Shown piece after piece: positions 58,580 through 64,000 of a stretch of DNA of 64,000 bases. Every line of letters begins with the position of its first letter. The first letter of the stretch is position 1. The DNA comes from Dehalococcoidia bacterium (GTDB lineage: Bacteria > Chloroflexota > Dehalococcoidia > Plut-88900), in NCBI GenBank assembly GCA_965207225.1, contig CBDBLV010000004.1, forward strand, positions 128,001 to 192,000. The letters run 5' to 3'. The notes under the pieces are model-generated. The model was not told the DNA's origin and did no database searches. It was given only the letters and a program-made list of their open reading frames with translations. A program made the translations under genes and the position numbers.

Positions 58580-58740
58580 CTCCGCTCGCTGGGAACCCTC
58601 ACCCCCTTGGTCCCCCTCTCCCCCTCGAGGGACTCGGGGCAGGCTCTTAGGGCCTGTAAGGGAGAGGGGGAGAAGAGAACAGAGGGCGGCATTGGCGCAG
58701 AGCGCCAATGCCGCCCTCTAGTTCATTACTGGGGGGAAGG
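58473..58740 (+). repeat. Direct repeat copy c (dnaK 3' end + terminator + element C copy 3)
   Basis: Matches 57280-57545. Confidence 0.9.
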
Positions 58741-58806
58741 GGAACCATCCTAACCCCAGATTCCTCGCTGGGCATCGGAATGACAGGGCATTGAGCTGAG
58801 CGTCGG

Positions 58807-60150
58807 TTAGCCGACGCCGGCGAGGACGGCAGCACCGGAGCTTTCGGAGCCGGGGTGGCCCGGGGCTCCGTAGAGGGGGCAGCCCGTGCAGCTTCGGGTT
58901 GCGCCGCAGGGGGCGACCTGGGGCAGGCTCGAACCTACGCCAGCGGCGGCTCGGGGCTTGGCTTCGGGCTCTCTGAAGAGGTCCATACGGAGCTGCTTGG
59001 CCCTCGGGGGACGGTGGCCGGGGAAGACCAGGTAGGGCCAGGCGCGCTTTTTGACTACCCCCATGGCTTGTAAATCTCGCCATGAGTCCAAGGTGTGCTG
59101 CCTGCGCTGAAGCAAGATCCGGTCGGCCGCCGTAGGCCCGAGCCCCGGGACGCGGAGCATCTGGTCCCTGGTCGAGTAGTTTATGTCCACCGGGAAGGCG
59201 TCCAGGTTTTCGAGGGCGATGATGGACTTGGGGTCCGTGTCCATGGACAGAAACCCCGCCTCATCGAAGGCGAGCTCTATCTCTTCGTTGGAGAACTTGT
59301 AGATGCGCTTCAGCCAGTCCATCTGGTAAAGCCGGTGGGAGCGGGTCATGGAAGTAGGGGGGTGCTCTTCCAAGGGGGTGTAGGGGATGGGTTGGAAGTT
59401 GGAGTAATAGGCCCGCTTCAGGTTCCACTCGCCATATAGCTGGTCGATTCGGTGGAAGACCTCCCTGTCGGACTCGTTGGCCGCGCCCACCACGAACTGG
59501 GTGACCTGTCCAACCGTCCCACCGGTCCTCTCTTGATTAAGGTCATTGATCCACTCCATGGGGGCCAGGATGTCGCGCTCCAGATCCTTCATCTTGCTCA
59601 GGGTGCGCATCCTATCGACACTTGGGGTCTCGATATTGACGGACAGCCTGGTACCCAGCTTGTGGGCTGCTTCCACGTACTCCCGCTCGACACCCGGCAT
59701 GACCTTGAGGTGGATGTATCCCTTGAACCCGTACTTCTCCCTGATGATCTGCACCACGTCTATGAGCTTGGCGGTGGTCTTAGAGCCGGTGCCCGCCACG
59801 CCGGAGCTGAGGAAGAGGCCGTCCACGGTATGGCGCCGGTGCAGCTCCATGAAGGCGGAGGCCAACTCTTCCCGTTTGAAGGCGAAGCGTTTTCTCGGGA
59901 CCCAGTGGCTGTTGGGGCAGAAGTGGCAGTCCATCTTGCAGAAGTCGGTGAACATGACCCGCATGAGGCTGATGGTCTTGCCATTGGGCATGGACGCCTT
60001 GTAGACGCCGGGCATGGGGTTCTTCTTCGGGTTGGAGTATGGCCCGCGTTCCCTGGTCTTTTTCTGGGGCTGGGACAGGATGTCGTCGCTGGCCATACCT
60101 CCCAGGAGCTGAAGCTTTTCGTAGGTCTCGGGGGTGCGTTTGATGAGCAT
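58807..60150 (-). CDS. Putative DNA modification/repair radical SAM protein with helix-hairpin-helix
   Basis: CKMDCHFC, GLFLSSG, GYIHLKVMPG, RLSVNIE, TQFVVGA, HRLYQMDWL, LRVPGLG; GAGGAG RBS. Confidence 0.88.
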   Translation of the reverse strand: MLIKRTPETYEKLQLLGGMASDDILSQPQKKTRERGPYSNPKKNPMPGVYKASMPNGKTISLMRVMFTDFCKMDCHFCPNSHWVPRKRFAFKREELASAFMELHRRHTVDGLFLSSGVAGTGSKTTAKLIDVVQIIREKYGFKGYIHLKVMPGVEREYVEAAHKLGTRLSVNIETPSVDRMRTLSKMKDLERDILAPMEWINDLNQERTGGTVGQVTQFVVGAANESDREVFHRIDQLYGEWNLKRAYYSNFQPIPYTPLEEHPPTSMTRSHRLYQMDWLKRIYKFSNEEIELAFDEAGFLSMDTDPKSIIALENLDAFPVDINYSTRDQMLRVPGLGPTAADRILLQRRQHTLDSWRDLQAMGVVKKRAWPYLVFPGHRPPRAKQLRMDLFREPEAKPRAAAGVGSSLPQVAPCGATRSCTGCPLYGAPGHPGSESSGAAVLAGVG

Positions 60151-60180
60151 GGGTTGGTCTCCTCTTAGAATAGCAACTAC

Positions 60181-60246
60181 ATTCGCAATATATATTCTCA
60201 ATATATGTTCTTAATGAATGTTCTTATAGTTACATGGAGATGTCAA
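60181..60246 (-). promoter_or_regulatory. AT-rich operator array upstream of the radical SAM gene
   Basis: RTTC at 60181, 60194, 60207, 60220 (13-bp period); TTGACA on the minus strand at 60241-60246. Confidence 0.55.
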
Positions 60247-60408
60247 GGGGGTGGGGTTGGCAATTGATGCGAGCGGTTAACAATGGAAAGTTCTTCTCGT
60301 CGCTCGCACTTAGAGGGCCTCAGCACGAGCGTCTCTGACGAATGGAATGTTGGGCCCGGCCGGTCGGGACTGGTCTACAAGGGTGAACCGAACCTCCACC
60401 CCGCCAGC

Positions 60409-60556
60409 GGAACCCTCTCCCCCTTGGTCCCCCTCTCCCCCTCGAGGGACTCGGGGCAGGCTCTTAGGGCCTTTAAGGGAGAGGGGGAGAGAAGAACAGA
60501 GGCCCACGCCTGCGCCAAAGCGCAGGCGTGGGCCTCTAATTCAGTACTGGGGGAGG
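60409..60556 (+). repeat. Double-hairpin element C, copy 4
   Basis: Same flanks; hairpin AGAGGCCCACGCCTGCGC-CAAA-GCGCAGGCGTGGGCCTCT. Confidence 0.85.
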
Positions 60557-60661
60557 AAGGAACGTCACGACTTTATTTCTTCGAGGGGTCACGGGATGGG
60601 GACGAACGACAGGAAATGGCGTTTGCCGGGCCTGATGGTGTGGAGGGATGCGGCCCACCCC

Positions 60662-60817
60662 CCGTTCGACCCTTCGACTGCACCCAGGGTGAGCGGCCCC
60701 TCCGCCGCGGGGATGGATTCCCGATCGGGGTCGGGAATGACGGATTGGGGTGGGAGGATCAGAGGGCCCGTTGGTGCGGGCTTACGCGCCAGATCCCTCG
60801 CGGGGCATCGGGATGGG
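60662..60817 (+). repeat. REP-like cluster (family A, ATTCCC..GGGAAT palindrome, family B)
   Basis: CCCTTCGACTGCACCCAGGGTGAGCGG; GGATTCCCGATCGGGGTCGGGAATGAC; AGATCCCTCGCGGGGCATCGGGATGGG. Confidence 0.7.
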
Positions 60818-60876
60818 AAGGAGGGGGCGTGGGGATGGGACACTGGGGAGTGGGATGATAGGGCGGAGGGATGCTG

Positions 60877-61983
60877 TTACGTCATGCCGTAGAGGCGGGC
60901 GCAGTTGTCCCACATCGTCTTGCGTCTCATGGAGTCGGAGAGAGGGAGGTCGAGGAACATATCCAAGGCGTGGGGGAACTTGGAGTCGGGGTGAGGGTAG
61001 TCGGTGGAGAGAACGACGGTATCTTCTAGTCCGTAGTTTTCGAGCATGGCTGCGGGGGATTCCTCGGGCTCCACGGAGACGAAGCACTGTCGTTTGAAGT
61101 ATTCCCCGGGGGTCAAGGTGAGAGCCGGGGCTTCCATTTTGCCGGAGAACTCGAAATGGTCGTCCATGCGCCACATGAGCCACGGGACCCAGGAGCAGTT
61201 GGCCTCGAGGAAGGCGACGCGGAGGGTCGGGAACCGCTCCAAAACGCCGCCACCAATCATGCTTACTGCGGCCAGCATCATCTCCATGGAATGGCAACAG
61301 GTGTGGAAGAGCCAGTATTCGCCTTCGAACCGGGACCCGGCCTCGGGCATGGGGACGTGGGAGCCTTCGTGGAACCCTACGGCCATGCCCAGGTCCTCTA
61401 CCTGCTCCCATAGGGGATCGTAGCAGGGGTCGTGCCAGTTTCTCCCGAGGTACAGGTTGGGCCTGATGAACACGCCCTTGAACCCTAGCCGCTTGACGCA
61501 TCTCCCGGCTTCTTCCACCGCGGCTACAACATCGGTCGGGAAAACCATACCGATGCCCTTCATGCGGTCCGGAAAGGGGCTGCAGAAGTCGGCCATCCAG
61601 TCGTTGTAGGCCCGTGCGATAGCGGCCCCGAAGTCGGGGGCAAGTTTGTCAGTGGCGACTGCGAAGAGGCCTCGGGAGGGGTACATGAGGGCCACGTCCA
61701 TGCCTTCTTTGTCCATGGCCCGTACCTGGGAGGCTGAGTCCCAGCCGCTGTCTATGGGATCCTGATAAACGTCAGGGGGCCCGGCCTTCTCTTCAAACAG
61801 GTCATCGTGGACGTCCCTGGGGATCTGCTCTCCGTCGATCTCGACGCAGAGGTCCTGCTGGTAACGGGCGAGGCCCACGGGGGCGCGGTCCCGGAAATCG
61901 GGGTCTATGTAGCGCTGCCAGAGGTCGACGGGCTCTATGACGTGCATATCGGAGTCCATGAACTTCATGCCGTTCCTGCTCAC
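60877..61983 (-). CDS. Amidohydrolase family 2 protein
   Basis: MDSDMHVIEP, YNDWMADFC, GFHEG, LEANCSW, STDYPHPD. Confidence 0.9.
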   Translation of the reverse strand: MSRNGMKFMDSDMHVIEPVDLWQRYIDPDFRDRAPVGLARYQQDLCVEIDGEQIPRDVHDDLFEEKAGPPDVYQDPIDSGWDSASQVRAMDKEGMDVALMYPSRGLFAVATDKLAPDFGAAIARAYNDWMADFCSPFPDRMKGIGMVFPTDVVAAVEEAGRCVKRLGFKGVFIRPNLYLGRNWHDPCYDPLWEQVEDLGMAVGFHEGSHVPMPEAGSRFEGEYWLFHTCCHSMEMMLAAVSMIGGGVLERFPTLRVAFLEANCSWVPWLMWRMDDHFEFSGKMEAPALTLTPGEYFKRQCFVSVEPEESPAAMLENYGLEDTVVLSTDYPHPDSKFPHALDMFLDLPLSDSMRRKTMWDNCARLYGMT

Positions 61984-62186
61984 GATGCCCTCCTATAGCA
62001 ATGCTTTATGTCTACTTAAATGCCTGAGGTTCGGTTTCCGGAGTTACCTCGAGGACACTGGAAGTGTACGTAGAGGCTGGTCGGATAGTCAAAGACGGGG
62101 CTCGGGCGGGTGACTAACGGGTCGGGACAGGATACACTAGCGCCGGACTATACCCATGTCCGAAACCGCAAAAGGAGACCCGATTC

Positions 62187-62387
62187 ATGGCAGGCGGCAA
62201 CATCCAGGCTACTAAAGACGGCCCCTACGAGGTCACGGGCGAGTTCACCGTTCTGGACCACAACGGCAACCCATACAAGCAGCGAAGAAAGGTGTTCCTG
62301 TGTCGGTGCGGGGGCTCATCCAACAAGCCGTACTGCGACGGGACCCACGTTTCAATCGGGTTCAAGGACGAGTCGGAGGCGGGATAA
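62187..62387 (+). CDS. CDGSH iron-sulfur domain protein
   Basis: DGPYEV, LCRCGGSSNKPYCDGTH; AAGGAG RBS. Confidence 0.9.
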   Translation: MAGGNIQATKDGPYEVTGEFTVLDHNGNPYKQRRKVFLCRCGGSSNKPYCDGTHVSIGFKDESEAG

Positions 62388-62408
62388 GACAAGCTCGGGC
62401 CCCCTGTT

Positions 62409-63542
62409 ATGCGTTTCGACAGCACCGTCTACTATCACTTCGGCAAGGTCTATCCGTGGGACAAGCTCACCGATGAGTTCCGGGACATAGCCGGGCTCCT
62501 GGACCAGGCGGGCTTCACGACGGTCTGGCTGGCGGAGCACCATTTTTCCTGGGACGGCTGGAACCGGGCAATGACCAACCCAATCCTGGTCGGGGCTGAC
62601 CTGGCGGCGCACACCGAACGGATCAGGGTGGGGCAGTGCGGGGTCATTCTGCCCGACTGGCATCCGATCCGAGTCGCTGAAGATATAGCGATGCTGGATA
62701 ACATGACGAAGGGTCGGGTGGACTTTGGGATAGCCCGGGGGTACGACAGCAGGTCGGGGCTGCAGTTCAACGTCCACGCCGACAGGTTGAACAACGCCCA
62801 GAACTACTCATTGTTCGCCGAGAGCCTTGACATCATCAAGGGCGCATGGACACAGGAAGTGTTCCGCCACGAGGGTGATTTCTTCACCTTTCCGGTGCCC
62901 GGGTGGAAGGAGCCCAACCCGATGAACTGGGACTCCCGCTACCACAGCCAGGACGGCGAGATGACGGCCCTGAGCGTGCTGCCCAAGCCCTACCAAAAGC
63001 CTCACCCGCCCATCTACCAGATGGCGGACTCCGTAACGTCGCACAAGTTTGCGGCGGCGCGGGACGTTGGGGTTATCAGCATGCGGAGCACCATGGAAAA
63101 GATAAAGCAGCACTGGGCGGGATATGCGGAGGAGTTCCCGGGGGTGCAGGCCGGGCCGAATCCCGCGCCCCGGAAGCTGGCGGTTATGCGGCCCACCTAT
63201 GTAGCGGAGACGCGGGAGCAGGCGATAAAGGACCTGCGAGAGGGGCTCGGGTACCGGGAGAGGCTCACGTCCACGGACATCGCCCGGTCACGGAAAGCGA
63301 TGCTGGCCGAGGGTGAGTTTACGGAAGACGACCTGGTAGCGGACTGCTTTGAGTTCGAAGACTCCCACGATTTGATATTTGTGGGGACTCCGGACTCGGT
63401 GTCGGAGCAGATCGAGCGGTATCGGGAGGAGCTGGGGCTTGAGCACATGGTCCTTTTTCACAACATCCCGGGCCTGACACATGAGATGGTAATGAAGAGC
63501 CTCACCATGTTCTCGGAGAAGGTGCTGCCGAGGTTCGCCTAG
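62409..63542 (+). CDS. LLM-class flavin-dependent oxidoreductase
   Basis: WLAEHHF, WHPIRVAED, GRVDFGIARG, PKPYQKPHPP. Confidence 0.9.
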   Translation: MRFDSTVYYHFGKVYPWDKLTDEFRDIAGLLDQAGFTTVWLAEHHFSWDGWNRAMTNPILVGADLAAHTERIRVGQCGVILPDWHPIRVAEDIAMLDNMTKGRVDFGIARGYDSRSGLQFNVHADRLNNAQNYSLFAESLDIIKGAWTQEVFRHEGDFFTFPVPGWKEPNPMNWDSRYHSQDGEMTALSVLPKPYQKPHPPIYQMADSVTSHKFAAARDVGVISMRSTMEKIKQHWAGYAEEFPGVQAGPNPAPRKLAVMRPTYVAETREQAIKDLREGLGYRERLTSTDIARSRKAMLAEGEFTEDDLVADCFEFEDSHDLIFVGTPDSVSEQIERYREELGLEHMVLFHNIPGLTHEMVMKSLTMFSEKVLPRFA

Positions 63543-63564
63543 GGTTTTCTCTGGGCCCGGGCGG

Positions 63565-64000
63565 TTACCAGACGCTCCAGCCGCCGTCGATTACTATGGT
63601 CTGGCCTGTAATGAAGCTGGACTGGGGGGAGGCGAGGAAGAGGAGGGCGGTCTTCAGCTCGTCGGGTCTGCCCTGGCGGCGCATGGGGGTGCGGTACTTA
63701 ATCTCCTCTTCATCGGGGTTGCCGCCAACGAAGGCTTGCTCACTGGGGAAGTAGCCCGGGGCGAGGGCGTTAACGGTGATCCCGCGGTCGGCCCACTGGA
63801 TGGCGCAGGCCCGGGTGAGTCCCACCACACTGTGCTTGGATATTGAGTAGGCCCAGGACGGCCCCTGGGGCACCCCACCCACTACACCCAGGATGGAGGA
63901 AAGGTTGATGATGCGGCCGTAGCCTCGGGGGAGCATTTCTTTGCCGACCCTGTGGGCAAGCATCGCAGAGCCGGTGAGGTTGGTCTCCATAATCTTGTGG
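63565..64000 (-). CDS. SDR family oxidoreductase (partial; 5' end outside window)
   Basis: GRIINLSS, YSISKH, ITVNALAPGYF, ITGQTIVIDGG. Confidence 0.88.
   Translation of the reverse strand, partial: HKIMETNLTGSAMLAHRVGKEMLPRGYGRIINLSSILGVVGGVPQGPSWAYSISKHSVVGLTRACAIQWADRGITVNALAPGYFPSEQAFVGGNPDEEEIKYRTPMRRQGRPDELKTALLFLASPQSSFITGQTIVIDGGWSVW

Noticed and set aside
53207-60556. Classical integron with attC sites
   Set aside because: No intI, no RYYYAAC/GTTRRRY ends, and the intervening modules include core genes with their own promoters on both strands.

Overview
GC-rich bacterial chromosomal window. The gene content points to Chloroflexota/Dehalococcoidia (SAR202-like), which is an inference: five luciferase-like monooxygenases (LLM), class III CoA-transferases, three amidohydrolases, SDRs, three tandem GMC oxidoreductases, and the dgt-dnaG-rpoD and holB-PSP1 gene order. 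Positions 1-39 kb and 61-64 kb are a catabolic paralog-rich region that includes a quinol-dependent NO reductase. Positions 39-51 kb are a housekeeping block (dgt, dnaG, rpoD, udg, lysA, holB, ffh) with a BrnTA toxin-antitoxin pair. Positions 51-61 kb are a repeat-dense stress/repair region (alkA-like, hspR-grpE-dnaK, DNA-repair radical SAM). Main highlights: (1) an LLM gene interrupted by an in-frame TGA followed by a well-placed bacterial SECIS-like hairpin, i.e. a candidate selenoprotein; (2) the dnaK 3' end is present three times, with the middle copy differing only synonymously, and the copies bracket a self-promoted two-gene aspartic-protease cassette; (3) a four-copy ~125-150 bp element whose 18-bp hairpin is perfectly paired in every copy although its 11-nt core differs between copies; (4) 13-bp-periodic GAAC/GTTC operator arrays at two promoters; (5) an apparent GC-skew reversal over the housekeeping block. 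No rRNA, tRNA, CRISPR-cas, transposase or integrase gene was recognised.
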